A DNA stretch of 64,000 bases from Bacteroidota bacterium (lineage in GTDB: Bacteria > Bacteroidota > Bacteroidia > Bacteroidales > VadinHA17). Positions 37,745 through 47,431 of the stretch are shown here, in pieces. The notes beneath the pieces were generated by a model that saw nothing but the letters and a program-made list of their open reading frames with translations, searched no databases and was not told where the DNA came from. Positions within the stretch are counted from its first letter, which is position 1. Every line of letters begins with the position of its first letter. Both the position numbers and the translations under genes were made by a program. Location: contig JAAYDB010000068.1 in NCBI GenBank assembly GCA_012729475.1, positions 23,697 through 87,696 of the forward strand, read 5' to 3'.

Positions 37745-38509
37745 ATGTTGATTATAAGCAATTTAAAGGCTGCTATTAATGAGAAAAATATCCTGAAAGG
37801 GGTGTCTCTTGAAGTAAAAGCCGGTGAAATACATGCTATAATGGGTCCTAATGGATCGGGAAAAAGTACATTGGCAGCTGTTATTGCCGGAAGAGATTTG
37901 GCCAGGATAACGGAGGGGACAGTTACATTTATGGGGAAGAACCTTCTTGAGATGACTCCTGAAGAAAGAGCCCGGCAGGGTTTATTCCTGGGCTTTCAGT
38001 ATCCTATTGAGATACCCGGAGTCAGTATGATGAATTTTATGAAGACAGCTGTCAATGAACAACGTAAATACAAGGGGCTGGACCCCTTATCAGCATCCGA
38101 TTTCCTTAAAATAATGAGGGAGAAGAAAGAACTGGTGGGGATTGACTCGAAACTGACGAACAGGTCTGTTAATGAAGGGTTTTCCGGAGGAGAAAAGAAA
38201 AAGAATGAAATATTTCAAATGGCAATGCTCGAACCGAAACTGGCTATCCTTGATGAAACAGATTCGGGCCTTGATATAGACGCTCTGCGTATTGTTGCTA
38301 ACGGTGTAAATAAACTAAAAACGCCTGATTCTTCCGTAATTGTCATAACGCATTATCAAAGACTCCTCGATTTTATCATTCCGGATGTTGTTCATGTTTT
38401 GTATGACGGCAGAATAGTCCGTACTGCAGGCAAAGAACTTGCACTGGAACTTGAGGATAAGGGTTACGACTGGATCAGAAAGGAAATTGAAACATCCGGA
38501 TTATCATGA
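37745..38509 (+). CDS. sufC: Fe-S cluster assembly ATPase SufC
   Basis: 254 aa. GPNGSGKSTL Walker A, FSGGEKKKNEI signature, AILDETDSGLD Walker B, ITHY H-loop. Confidence 0.93.
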   Translation: MLIISNLKAAINEKNILKGVSLEVKAGEIHAIMGPNGSGKSTLAAVIAGRDLARITEGTVTFMGKNLLEMTPEERARQGLFLGFQYPIEIPGVSMMNFMKTAVNEQRKYKGLDPLSASDFLKIMREKKELVGIDSKLTNRSVNEGFSGGEKKKNEIFQMAMLEPKLAILDETDSGLDIDALRIVANGVNKLKTPDSSVIVITHYQRLLDFIIPDVVHVLYDGRIVRTAGKELALELEDKGYDWIRKEIETSGLS

Positions 38510-39864
38510 ATGTCCATAACGACTGCAGAGAACGATATCATAAGCTGTATGAAAAAAATATAGAGAAGATTAAAGCAAAATCTTCTCCATATGTAAATGC
38601 CTGCAGAGAACCGGCCTTTGAGAAATTTATGCAACTTGGTATACCGACAACAAAAAATGAGAACTACCGCTATACTGATCTAAGCCATTTTTTTAACTAT
38701 GATTATAAAAACTATTTTCTCCCCGGCAGGGAGGATTTTTTGAAAGCAGAACAGTTTCGTTGCAATGTTCCTGACCTTGATACCCATGGAATAATACTTC
38801 TCAACGGTTTTTATCCCACTCTTACAGACAAATTAAGGGAACTTCCCGGAGGGATAATGGTCGGCAGCCTGAATGAGGCTGCAAAAACATTCGGAGATAA
38901 GATAGCTCAGCATTATAACAGATTTATTAACGGAGATTCCGATGGATTGGTCCATCTTAATACTGCAATGGCATTTGACGGGATATTTGTTTATGTTCCT
39001 TCAGGTGTCAAATTGCAAAAGCCTGTTCAGGTAGTTAATCTGGTAGATTCAGATAATGATATTTTTAATCAACACCGGAATCTCATTATTGTTGAAAAGA
39101 ACGCTGACCTGACTCTTATTATATGTGATCACACTCTTTCTCCTCAGAAATTTCTGACAAATGCCGTTACTGAAGTTTATGTTGGCGAAGACTCTCATTT
39201 TGATATAATAAGAGTTCAGAATGAACATAATAATGCAGCAAAGATCACTCATACTTTTATTCATCAGGAAAAGAACAGTACCGCTTCTTCAAATAATATT
39301 ACTCTTCACGGAGGGTTGGTACGTAACAGTACTCATCATTTCCTGGGCGGGGAAGGCGCTGAATGTTCTGCCTATGGCCTCTACCTGTCCGATAAGTTCC
39401 AGCATATTGACAATTATATAAATGTCAATCATGCTTTCCCGAACTGCAGGAGCAATCAGCTTTTCAAGGGAGTACTTGACGATATGGCAAAAGGTGTTTT
39501 TAATGGTCGTATCTATGTGATGAAAGATGCACAGGGAACAGTTGCTTATCAGAAAAACAACAGCATATTGCTTACTGATGATGCCGTGATGGACACAAAA
39601 CCTCAGCTGGAAATTTATGCTGATGATGTTAAATGCAGTCATGGAGCTACAATAGGACAACTGGATGAAGATGCTCTTTTCTATCTCCAGTCGAGAGGGA
39701 TAGACAGACGTGAAGCACAGCTTATGCTTATGTTTGCTTTTGCCCACGAAGTAATACAGAATATTAATGTTGAAGCACTTCGGGAAAGAATGGATAGTCT
39801 CGTTATGCAAAGACTCAGGGGCGAACTTTCCCGTTGCGCGAACTGTATGGTTAAGTGTGGTTAA
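38506..39864 (+). CDS. sufD: Fe-S cluster assembly protein SufD
   Basis: 452 aa, overlaps the sufC stop. SufB/SufD-family C-terminal region (KPQLEIYADDVKCSHGATIGQLDEDALFYLQSRGI). Confidence 0.9.
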   Translation: MNVHNDCRERYHKLYEKNIEKIKAKSSPYVNACREPAFEKFMQLGIPTTKNENYRYTDLSHFFNYDYKNYFLPGREDFLKAEQFRCNVPDLDTHGIILLNGFYPTLTDKLRELPGGIMVGSLNEAAKTFGDKIAQHYNRFINGDSDGLVHLNTAMAFDGIFVYVPSGVKLQKPVQVVNLVDSDNDIFNQHRNLIIVEKNADLTLIICDHTLSPQKFLTNAVTEVYVGEDSHFDIIRVQNEHNNAAKITHTFIHQEKNSTASSNNITLHGGLVRNSTHHFLGGEGAECSAYGLYLSDKFQHIDNYINVNHAFPNCRSNQLFKGVLDDMAKGVFNGRIYVMKDAQGTVAYQKNNSILLTDDAVMDTKPQLEIYADDVKCSHGATIGQLDEDALFYLQSRGIDRREAQLMLMFAFAHEVIQNINVEALRERMDSLVMQRLRGELSRCANCMVKCG

Positions 39865-39875
39865 TAAATACAGAA

Positions 39876-41093
39876 ATGAAAAATATCTCAGAGATAAGAT
39901 CTGATTTTCCTATTCTTTCCGAAAAAGTATATGGCCAGCCTCTTGTGTATTTTGACAACGGGGCGACAACACAAAAACCGGAGATAGTAATTAATAAGTT
40001 GAATGAGATATACAGAAAGTTTAACAGCAATATCCACAGAGGTGTTCATGCTTTGAGTGATATGGCTTCTGAAGAATATGAAGCTGCAAGAGAAAAAGTA
40101 AGATCATTCATAAATGCTGATAAAAAGGAGGAAGTAGTGTTTACCCCGGGATCAACAGGGTCTATTAATACCATTGCTTTTTCCTTCGGAGAGAAATTTA
40201 TCCATAAAGATGACGAAATAATTATAAGTACTCTGGAACATCATGCCAATATTGTACCATGGCAGATGTTGTGCGAAAGAAAAGGCTCAAAACTGAAAAT
40301 TATACCGGTAAATGATAACGGAGAGATACTGCTTGATGAATATTATAAACTACTTAACAGGAAAACAAAAATAGTGGCAGTCACCCAGGTCTCTAACGCC
40401 CTTGGAGTTAAAGTTCCCGTAAAGGAAATTGTTGAAGCAGCACATTCAGCCAATATTCCTGTATTGATTGATGGAGCCCAGGGAATACAGCATGCCGGAA
40501 CAGATGTTAAAAAAGAAGATTTTGATTTTTATGTCTTCTCCGGACATAAAATATATGGTCCTGCAGGAATAGGAGTTCTCTACGGAAAAGAGAAATGGCT
40601 TTCGGAAATACCACCTTATCAGGGAGGAGGAGATATGGTAGAAAATGTCACTTTCGAAAAAACCACTTATGGCTCTCTTCCCTTTAAATTTGAAGCCGGT
40701 ACAACAAATTTCCCTTCTGCCATTGCCCTTGGTACTGCAATCGATTATGTAACTTTAACAGGCCGGGAATACATTACAGAACTGGAAAATGACCTTCTGT
40801 CTTATGCAACAAACAGACTGTCAGCAATAGAAGGACTAAAGATCTATGGTAACTCACCGGATAAGATATCGACAATATCCTTCCTTCTGGATGGAATACA
40901 TATGTATGACACAGGGATGGTTCTCGATAAACTTGGGATAGCAGTAAGGACTGGGACACATTGTGCACAGCCTGTAATGGAAAGAATGGGTATAAACGGA
41001 ACAGTAAGGGTTTCAATGTGTTTTTATAATACCCGCGAAGAAGTAGATGCCCTGGGAGAAGGAATAGAAAAGGTAATCAGAATGTTTGAATAG
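39876..41093 (+). CDS. sufS: Cysteine desulfurase, SufS subfamily
   Basis: PLP-lysine motif FSGHKIYGPAGIGVLYG and active-site RTGTHCAQP. ATG 39876 (MKNISEIRSDFPIL), 11 nt after the sufD stop, preferred to the track's GTG 39855. Confidence 0.92.
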   Translation: MKNISEIRSDFPILSEKVYGQPLVYFDNGATTQKPEIVINKLNEIYRKFNSNIHRGVHALSDMASEEYEAAREKVRSFINADKKEEVVFTPGSTGSINTIAFSFGEKFIHKDDEIIISTLEHHANIVPWQMLCERKGSKLKIIPVNDNGEILLDEYYKLLNRKTKIVAVTQVSNALGVKVPVKEIVEAAHSANIPVLIDGAQGIQHAGTDVKKEDFDFYVFSGHKIYGPAGIGVLYGKEKWLSEIPPYQGGGDMVENVTFEKTTYGSLPFKFEAGTTNFPSAIALGTAIDYVTLTGREYITELENDLLSYATNRLSAIEGLKIYGNSPDKISTISFLLDGIHMYDTGMVLDKLGIAVRTGTHCAQPVMERMGINGTVRVSMCFYNTREEVDALGEGIEKVIRMFE

Positions 41094-41099
41094 CTTGTC

Positions 41100-41549
41100 A
41101 TGACGATTAACGAAATACAGGATGAGATAATAGAAGATTTTTCAGTTATTGATGACTGGATGGGTAAATACAATATGCTTATTGATTATGGACGGGAATT
41201 AGGTCCATTGGATCCCGGATTCAAGACGAAAGATTTTCTTATTGAGGGTTGCCAGTCGAAAGTATGGCTCCATCCGGAATATGAAAACGGCATAATAACT
41301 TTTAAGGCAGACAGCGATGCATTAATTACCAAAGGTATAGCAGCACTGCTTATCAGGGTACTGTCCGGAAAGACCCCCGGTGAGATAATAGATGCAGATC
41401 TTTATTTCATCGACAAGGTAGGATTAAGACAAAATCTGTCCCCGACCAGGGCAAACGGATTGTTATCAATGGTCAGGCAGATGAAACTGTATGCCCTCGC
41501 TTTCAGGGCCAAAAATCCGGGTTCAGCTCAGACCCTGAAGGAAGACTGA
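41100..41549 (+). CDS. sufE: Cysteine desulfuration (sulfur acceptor) protein SufE
   Basis: 149 aa with the SufE motif IEGCQSKVWL. Confidence 0.88.
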   Translation: MTINEIQDEIIEDFSVIDDWMGKYNMLIDYGRELGPLDPGFKTKDFLIEGCQSKVWLHPEYENGIITFKADSDALITKGIAALLIRVLSGKTPGEIIDADLYFIDKVGLRQNLSPTRANGLLSMVRQMKLYALAFRAKNPGSAQTLKED

Positions 41550-41574
41550 TTGAATTTTTAAATACCATCATATT

Positions 41575-41895
41575 ATGGAAGCTTCTGAAAAACTCGAAAT
41601 TGAAGCAAGACTTGTGGGTGTGCTTAAAAGTATATATGACCCCGAAATACCTGTTAATATTTACGATCTCGGACTTATTTATGACATAAGTATTGACGAC
41701 GATCATACGGTCAGGATAAAAATGACTCTTACAGCACCTAATTGTCCTATGGCTGACCAGCTTATTGAGGAAGTTAAATACAAAGTTCTGGGTACAGCCG
41801 GAGTAAAGGATGTTGATCTGAAACTTACTTTCAATCCTCCCTGGGATAAAAATATGCTGAGTGATGAAGCTAAACTCGAACTGGGTCTGTTGTAA
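41575..41895 (+). CDS. SUF-associated DUF59 (MIP18/SufT-like) Fe-S assembly protein
   Basis: 106 aa. YDPEIPVNIYDLGLIY and LTAPNCPMA motifs typical of DUF59. Confidence 0.85.
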   Translation: MEASEKLEIEARLVGVLKSIYDPEIPVNIYDLGLIYDISIDDDHTVRIKMTLTAPNCPMADQLIEEVKYKVLGTAGVKDVDLKLTFNPPWDKNMLSDEAKLELGLL

Positions 41896-41905
41896 ATAAA
41901 TAACT

Positions 41906-42841
41906 ATGGTCACCCCTGGATTTGATCAATTATCTGTAGAAATCAAAGAGAAGGCTTATAAACTCGGATTTGATCTCTGTGGTATAGCAAAAGCCAGAGT
42001 CCTTAATGAACGTACTCCCGTATTCCGGCAATGGATAGCTGCAGGGATGCATGATGAGATGGATTTTCTTGTCAGGAACACTGAGAAAAGACTGGATCCA
42101 TCATCACTTGTGCCCGGAGCAAAATCAGTTATTGTAACAGGACTGAATTATTATTCGAAAAATCTTCAGAGAAAAGAAGGAGTTCCTGTCATTTCCCGCT
42201 ATAGTTACGGAAAAGACTATCATGATGTCATAAAACCCAAACTCACTGAATTACTTGATTATATAAAAACAAGAGAGCCTTCTGTAGAAGGCAGGATATT
42301 TTGTGATTCAGCTCCTGTTCATGAAAAAGCATGGGCTGTGGAAGCCGGTTTAGGCTGGCAGGGACGTCACTCGGTAGTTATAAATCCTGAAATAGGATCA
42401 TTCTTTTTTATTGGGATAGTTATTGTGGATACAGAACTGGATTATGACTATCCATTCAGGAAAGATCTGTGCGGAAACTGTACTGTATGTATTGATGAAT
42501 GCCCAACGGGAGCAATAAATAATAACAGGACTATTGATGCCAGAAAATGCATAGCAAACCTTACAATAGAAAATAAAGCGTCTGTTCCTTCTGAGTATTT
42601 ACCAAAGCTGGGGAAAAGGATCTATGGCTGTGACAGGTGCCAGGAAGTATGCCCGTGGAATAAAAATACGGGAGAATCTGTGATAAGAGAGTTCAGACTG
42701 CCCGATGAGATAGCAGAAATGAACTTGAGTGACTGGATGGAGTTAACTGAAGAAAAGTTTACTCAACTCTTTGCCGGATCGGCTATTTACAGAAAGAGGT
42801 ATGAGCAATTTAAAGAAAATATTATCAATATACTCAAATAG
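41906..42841 (+). CDS. queG: Epoxyqueuosine reductase
   Basis: 311 aa. Two ferredoxin-type clusters CGNCTVCIDECP and CDRCQEVCPWN and the SRYSYGKDYH motif. Confidence 0.88.
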   Translation: MVTPGFDQLSVEIKEKAYKLGFDLCGIAKARVLNERTPVFRQWIAAGMHDEMDFLVRNTEKRLDPSSLVPGAKSVIVTGLNYYSKNLQRKEGVPVISRYSYGKDYHDVIKPKLTELLDYIKTREPSVEGRIFCDSAPVHEKAWAVEAGLGWQGRHSVVINPEIGSFFFIGIVIVDTELDYDYPFRKDLCGNCTVCIDECPTGAINNNRTIDARKCIANLTIENKASVPSEYLPKLGKRIYGCDRCQEVCPWNKNTGESVIREFRLPDEIAEMNLSDWMELTEEKFTQLFAGSAIYRKRYEQFKENIINILK

Positions 42842-42902
42842 AGAAACAGCAAGACATATCGTTATCTGTTAAATAAACTGACTGTACGATTCAGCTCTTT
42901 CA

Positions 42903-43310
42903 TTACTCATCCTTAATTACTGTGACTGTGATTTCTCTTTTCTGTCTTGGTCCGTCAAATTCACAGAGGAAAATATTCTGCCATGTTGATAAGCCCGGAA
43001 CTCCGTTTATTACAGGGATTGTCTCAGAAGGTCCTACAAGTCCTGCTTTAAGATGGGCATCTCCGTTATTATCCTGATGGTCATGTTCCCATATCCCGGA
43101 AGGAATAAGACGGCTAAGCAGGGTGACAACATCATTTTGGACAGAATCATCCCAGTTTTCCTGGATCATTATGGCTGCCGTCGCCCCTCTTACATAAACA
43201 GATGCAATGCCACTTTTAACCCCGCTTTCCCTGATTATTTCCCTTACTTTGTCTGTTATATCATATAAACCGCACCTGCGGCTTGTCGGAAGTGAAATTG
43301 TTTTCTGCAT
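42903..43310 (-). CDS. YjbQ/UPF0047 family protein (secondary thiamine-phosphate synthase-like)
   Basis: 135 aa. LYDITDKVRE, GATAAIMIQENWD and NGDAHLKA motifs are typical of UPF0047. Confidence 0.8.
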   Translation of the reverse strand: MQKTISLPTSRRCGLYDITDKVREIIRESGVKSGIASVYVRGATAAIMIQENWDDSVQNDVVTLLSRLIPSGIWEHDHQDNNGDAHLKAGLVGPSETIPVINGVPGLSTWQNIFLCEFDGPRQKREITVTVIKDE

Positions 43311-43314
43311 AATA

Positions 43315-43827
43315 TCATCTGTTCTCTCCGTAATCCTTAAGTGTTAGCATAAGCTTTTGCCGGGTAAAGAAAATCCTGCTTTTTACTGTCCCTATCTTCA
43401 GATCCAATTTTTCGGATATTTCTTTGTATTTATAACCCTCAATATGCATTTTGAACGGAATACGAAATTCATCCTCAAGAGAATCAATGGCTTTACTAAT
43501 CTCTGCTTCAGAATAACTGGATTCAGGGGAAATGAATCCTTTGTCGTGAGGCTGATTGAGGTAATAAAGATCATTTGTTGGATCCATTAATGTGTTTTCT
43601 TTCTGGCTCCGCCTGTAGTTATTGATGAAAGTGTTCTTCATAATTGTGAAAACCCAGGCTTTTAAATTTGTATAATCAACAAATTTATCTTTATATGTCA
43701 AAGCTTTAAGATAAGTATCCTGTACAAGATCCAAAGCTGCATCGTGGTCATACGTGAGACTCATGGCAAATCTGTGCATATTGGATCTCATTTCTATAAG
43801 GTTCCTGTTGAAATCAAATGTTGTCAT
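43315..43827 (-). CDS. RNA polymerase sigma-70 family factor, ECF-type
   Basis: 170 aa. Region 2 (ALDLVQDTYLKAL...WVFTIMKNTFINNYR) and region 4 HTH (YKEISEKLDLKIGTVKSRIFFTRQKL). Confidence 0.85.
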   Translation of the reverse strand: MTTFDFNRNLIEMRSNMHRFAMSLTYDHDAALDLVQDTYLKALTYKDKFVDYTNLKAWVFTIMKNTFINNYRRSQKENTLMDPTNDLYYLNQPHDKGFISPESSYSEAEISKAIDSLEDEFRIPFKMHIEGYKYKEISEKLDLKIGTVKSRIFFTRQKLMLTLKDYGENR

Positions 43828-44058
43828 AGCTCAGAGTTTTTTAGTGTCTTACCAAAATTAAACAGATAAAAAATGAAAAACAAATCTTAATATATTAATA
43901 TCTTATTAATATGGGTATATTCTAAATAACTTGCTTTTATAAGTATTAGAAAATGAATATTATATAGTGTAATTTACAAATAGTGTATAAATAATTGCCA
44001 AATTGATTTACAGGTATTCAGTGCTTAAATAATCTTTTGTATTTTTAAGAAAAAAAGA

Positions 44059-44880
44059 ATGGAATTCAATATTAAACTAAAAAAGGGGATGGTCTTGAGA
44101 GGTATGATATCCAGTCCGGGGGAACATATCAGGGCTGTCGTAATATTTATACATGGTTTGGGGGAGCATATACAGAGATATTCACACTGGTATTCAGCTT
44201 TAAATAATAAGGGTATTGGTTTTACAGGAGTTGATTTGCCCGGGCATGGTCTTTCAGATGGTTCCAGGGGGAATATCAGTAGTTATGATTTGACAGATGA
44301 AATGATAGAGATTCTTTATGAAAGTGTAAAAAACACTTTTACGGGCATTCCTGTTTTTCTTTACGGCCATAGTCTTGGTGGGGGTATTGTGACAGATTAT
44401 CTTATCAGAAAGAATCTTAAGTTGAGGGGAGCTGTAGTGACTTCGCCATGGCTTAAATTATCTTTCGAACCCGATCGTTTCAAGGTAATACTGGCTTCAT
44501 TGATAAGGAAAATATTACCAGGGCTTTCCCAGCCTTCCGGACTTGTAACAGAGCATCTGTCCCATGACAATCTGGTAGTAGAAGCTTACAGATCTGATCC
44601 TTTGGTTCATGACAGGATCTCTGTAAGTTTGTATTACAATGCGATGAAAGCTGCTGAAAACTCTCTTGAGCATGCCGCTGATCTCCGTATCCCTTTGTTG
44701 CTCATGCATGGAAGTGAAGATATGATCAGCTCACCGGAGGGTAGCCGTCAGTTTGCGTCTGCTTCAAAAACGACTGAATTAAAAATATGGGATGGAGGCT
44801 ATCATGAGCTTCATAATGAGTCTTTCAGGGATGAGGTATTTGAATACCTTTTTCAATGGATTGATAAGAAGATTGATTAA
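44059..44880 (+). CDS. Alpha/beta hydrolase (lysophospholipase/monoacylglycerol lipase-like)
   Basis: 273 aa. HGLGEH oxyanion region, nucleophile elbow GHSLGG, C-terminal HGSEDMI...YHELHNE. Confidence 0.85.
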   Translation: MEFNIKLKKGMVLRGMISSPGEHIRAVVIFIHGLGEHIQRYSHWYSALNNKGIGFTGVDLPGHGLSDGSRGNISSYDLTDEMIEILYESVKNTFTGIPVFLYGHSLGGGIVTDYLIRKNLKLRGAVVTSPWLKLSFEPDRFKVILASLIRKILPGLSQPSGLVTEHLSHDNLVVEAYRSDPLVHDRISVSLYYNAMKAAENSLEHAADLRIPLLLMHGSEDMISSPEGSRQFASASKTTELKIWDGGYHELHNESFRDEVFEYLFQWIDKKID

Positions 44881-44891
44881 ATATATGTCAG

Positions 44892-45875
44892 ATGAATTTC
44901 CGGACGACTTTTAATATCCCCGTATCGCCTGATAAAATATCTTATTCAGATCCGGTCATGTTTATCGGATCCTGTTTTTCAACGGCTATCGGTGATAAAT
45001 TTTCCTCCGGGCACATGCCTGTAATGGTTAATCCTTCAGGGACAGTATATAATCCTGCCTCTGTTGCCAGGACTGTTGAGAGATTATTGTCACGGCGTCA
45101 TTATGAGCTGAATGACCTCACTAAATACAATGGTAAATGGATCAGTTTTGATCACTACACTGCCTTTTCCTCAGAAAATGCGGATGAAGTTCTGCGGTCA
45201 GTTAATGACAGTCTGGAAAGTGCTGGTGAATTTATTTCTGAAGCCCACTTCCTGTTTGTCACCTTCGGGACAGCGAGAATTTTCAGGTTGAAAGAAACAG
45301 GGCAGATCGTTACCAACTGTCATAAATTACCATCGCGCTATTTTACAAGGGAACTGATGACAGTTGAAGATATTGTAACCTTGTGGAATACTGTTCTTGA
45401 CTCATTGAATACGGCATATCCCAGCCTGAAAATAGTGTTCACCATAAGTCCTGTCAGGCATTGGAAAGACGGAGCTCATGGGAACCAGGTAAGTAAATCC
45501 GTCCTTTTTCTTGCTTTAGAGGATCTTCTTGATAATTCCGTTAAACCATCCTATTTCCCTTCATACGAGCTGATGATGGATGATCTCCGCGATTACAGGT
45601 ATTATGATGACGATATGCTTCACCCTTCTTCGCGCGCAATAGATTACATATGGGAGAAATTTTCTTCTGTCTATTTTGACGGGAGTACAAAAGAAATATG
45701 GGCAGAGATGGATGGAATTTCCAAAGCGGTTTTGCACAGGATAAAGAACGGTACAGCTGAAGAACAGAAAAAATTTGCCGAAACGCTTATTTCAAAAATT
45801 GATTCAGCATTCAAAAGAATGCCATCGGTCAATCTGTCAGCAGAAAGAAAATACTTCCTTGAACTTCTCAGATGA
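44892..45875 (+). CDS. GSCFA domain-containing protein
   Basis: 327 aa. Eponymous motif in VMFIGSCFSTAIG. The remainder resembles an SGNH-like fold family known only as GSCFA. Confidence 0.8.
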   Translation: MNFRTTFNIPVSPDKISYSDPVMFIGSCFSTAIGDKFSSGHMPVMVNPSGTVYNPASVARTVERLLSRRHYELNDLTKYNGKWISFDHYTAFSSENADEVLRSVNDSLESAGEFISEAHFLFVTFGTARIFRLKETGQIVTNCHKLPSRYFTRELMTVEDIVTLWNTVLDSLNTAYPSLKIVFTISPVRHWKDGAHGNQVSKSVLFLALEDLLDNSVKPSYFPSYELMMDDLRDYRYYDDDMLHPSSRAIDYIWEKFSSVYFDGSTKEIWAEMDGISKAVLHRIKNGTAEEQKKFAETLISKIDSAFKRMPSVNLSAERKYFLELLR

Positions 45876-46770
45876 GATGTTTTTGAATTATGTGAATAAA
45901 ACTTTCAGGACCGGAACTGAACAGAATATAATCTGCTGCCTTGTTTTCTTCTTCTTCCGGGTGGTAATCCGTAAAAATGATTTTTTTTATCTTATTGGAT
46001 TTTATAAAACCAGCTAAGCAGTCAGACATGTTTTTTACGGAGCCATATTCTCCGGCATTTATGACAAGGTAGCGGAAAGGTTTTATTTTGTACACTTCTT
46101 TTATTTCTGATAAGGGTAGCGTTCCTCCGGTATAAATAACATCGAAATTATGGTTCTTCAATACATATTTATAGAACAGAAATCTGATGTCTGAAATATT
46201 GTCACAGGGGTTTATCATGGCAATAACCTGCATATTTTTCCCACTGACAGAAGTAAGATGGTTGTCTTCTTCTATTAAAATTTGTTTTATGGTATTTTGT
46301 ATGAACTGTTCCTGAGCTTTTGAAAGGCTGCCAGTTTGCCAGAGAATACGGCTTTTTTCAATAAGTGGGTTAAGGGAATATATAAATGCCTTTTCCAGGC
46401 CCTGGTCTATTATTACAGCTTGCAGAGTTTCTAAAAATTCTTTTTCGTCAAACCTGATTGCCGACATCAGGATCTTTCCCGGTTGAAAATCATTATCGGG
46501 ATCGTCCTGACTGCTTAATGTAACTACCTGCCTTGAAAGCTCATCATCACTGAAGCCCGCTATTGAAGATATTTTATAACCGTGACTGTTCAGATAGGCT
46601 ATATTGAGGATTTTTTTCAGTTCGGATTCATTATAAGAACGAATATTGGAATATGTTCTGCCCGGACTGAGTATCCCATACCGCTTTTCCCAGATCCTTA
46701 TGGTATGTGCTTTTATACCTGAAAGATTTTCAAGGTCCCTGATTGAATAAATATTCATACATTCTTTCAT
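45868..46770 (-). CDS. MerR-family transcriptional regulator with CarH/LitR-like (B12-binding-type) C-terminal region
   Basis: 300 aa. MerR HTH YSIRDLENLSGIKAHTIRIWEKRYGIL. The C-terminal helical bundle plus Rossmann-like segment has the W-x9-E spacing of CarH-type regulators, but Gln replaces the His (see findings). Confidence 0.75.
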   Translation of the reverse strand: MKECMNIYSIRDLENLSGIKAHTIRIWEKRYGILSPGRTYSNIRSYNESELKKILNIAYLNSHGYKISSIAGFSDDELSRQVVTLSSQDDPDNDFQPGKILMSAIRFDEKEFLETLQAVIIDQGLEKAFIYSLNPLIEKSRILWQTGSLSKAQEQFIQNTIKQILIEEDNHLTSVSGKNMQVIAMINPCDNISDIRFLFYKYVLKNHNFDVIYTGGTLPLSEIKEVYKIKPFRYLVINAGEYGSVKNMSDCLAGFIKSNKIKKIIFTDYHPEEEENKAADYILFSSGPESFIHIIQKHLI

Positions 46771-47002
46771 AGCCTGACAATAATCAAAAAATATAATTCA
46801 TTCCCAAAAGGTAAACAAATCATAACCATTAAAGTTTAATGAAAAATGAGGATACGGAAAGATTAATAAAATTTCTAAAATCGCTTGAAAATCAATGAAA
46901 TATCGTGTGTCATTCCGGATACTCATTTAATAATAATAACGGGATATACTTTAAAAATTGTTTTGAGGAGTGCGGGAGTCAGACTAGGAGGGATCTGAAA
47001 TC

Positions 47003-47380
47003 TTATTCGGAAGGTTCTATCATAATTTTTTTCACAACTTTCACCCCGTCATTGAAAATAATAGTAACAAGATACATACCTCTTGCCGGATCGTTCAGAT
47101 CAATTTTCGTAAGTGTCAGGGGATTATTGAATTTTTCTTTAAAAATATCCTGTCCTATGATATTTGTAACTTTAATGAAAGATATTTCTTTTTCGCATTT
47201 AATATTTAGGGTATTACCTCTTACAGGAACAGGGTATAATGTAATCATACCGGCAGGATTATTATCCATAGCTCTTTTCTCTGCAGGAGTTCTGTAGATA
47301 ACACCCTGTTCTTTCTGGGCCTGAAGGCTGAAAGAGAAGATAAGGAAAATAATCATTATCAGACCCTGTTTCATAGACAT
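47003..47380 (-). CDS. Small secreted protein consisting almost only of a T9SS type-A C-terminal sorting domain
   Basis: Signal peptide MSMKQGLIMIIFLIFSFSLQAQ, about 26 mature residues, then LYPVPVRGNTLNIKCEKEISFIKVTNIIGQDIF...GMYLVTIIFNDGVKVVKKIMI, which matches the por-secretion CTD pattern (yPNPxxxxlxi ... GvYxvxi ... kKlxi). The track start at 47407 is a TTG. First ATG used here. Confidence 0.75.
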   Translation of the reverse strand: MSMKQGLIMIIFLIFSFSLQAQKEQGVIYRTPAEKRAMDNNPAGMITLYPVPVRGNTLNIKCEKEISFIKVTNIIGQDIFKEKFNNPLTLTKIDLNDPARGMYLVTIIFNDGVKVVKKIMIEPSE

Positions 47381-47431
47381 TTTTTCTCTAATCAGATTAC
47401 TTATCAAAAATTGTGCTAAAGTTATAAAAAT

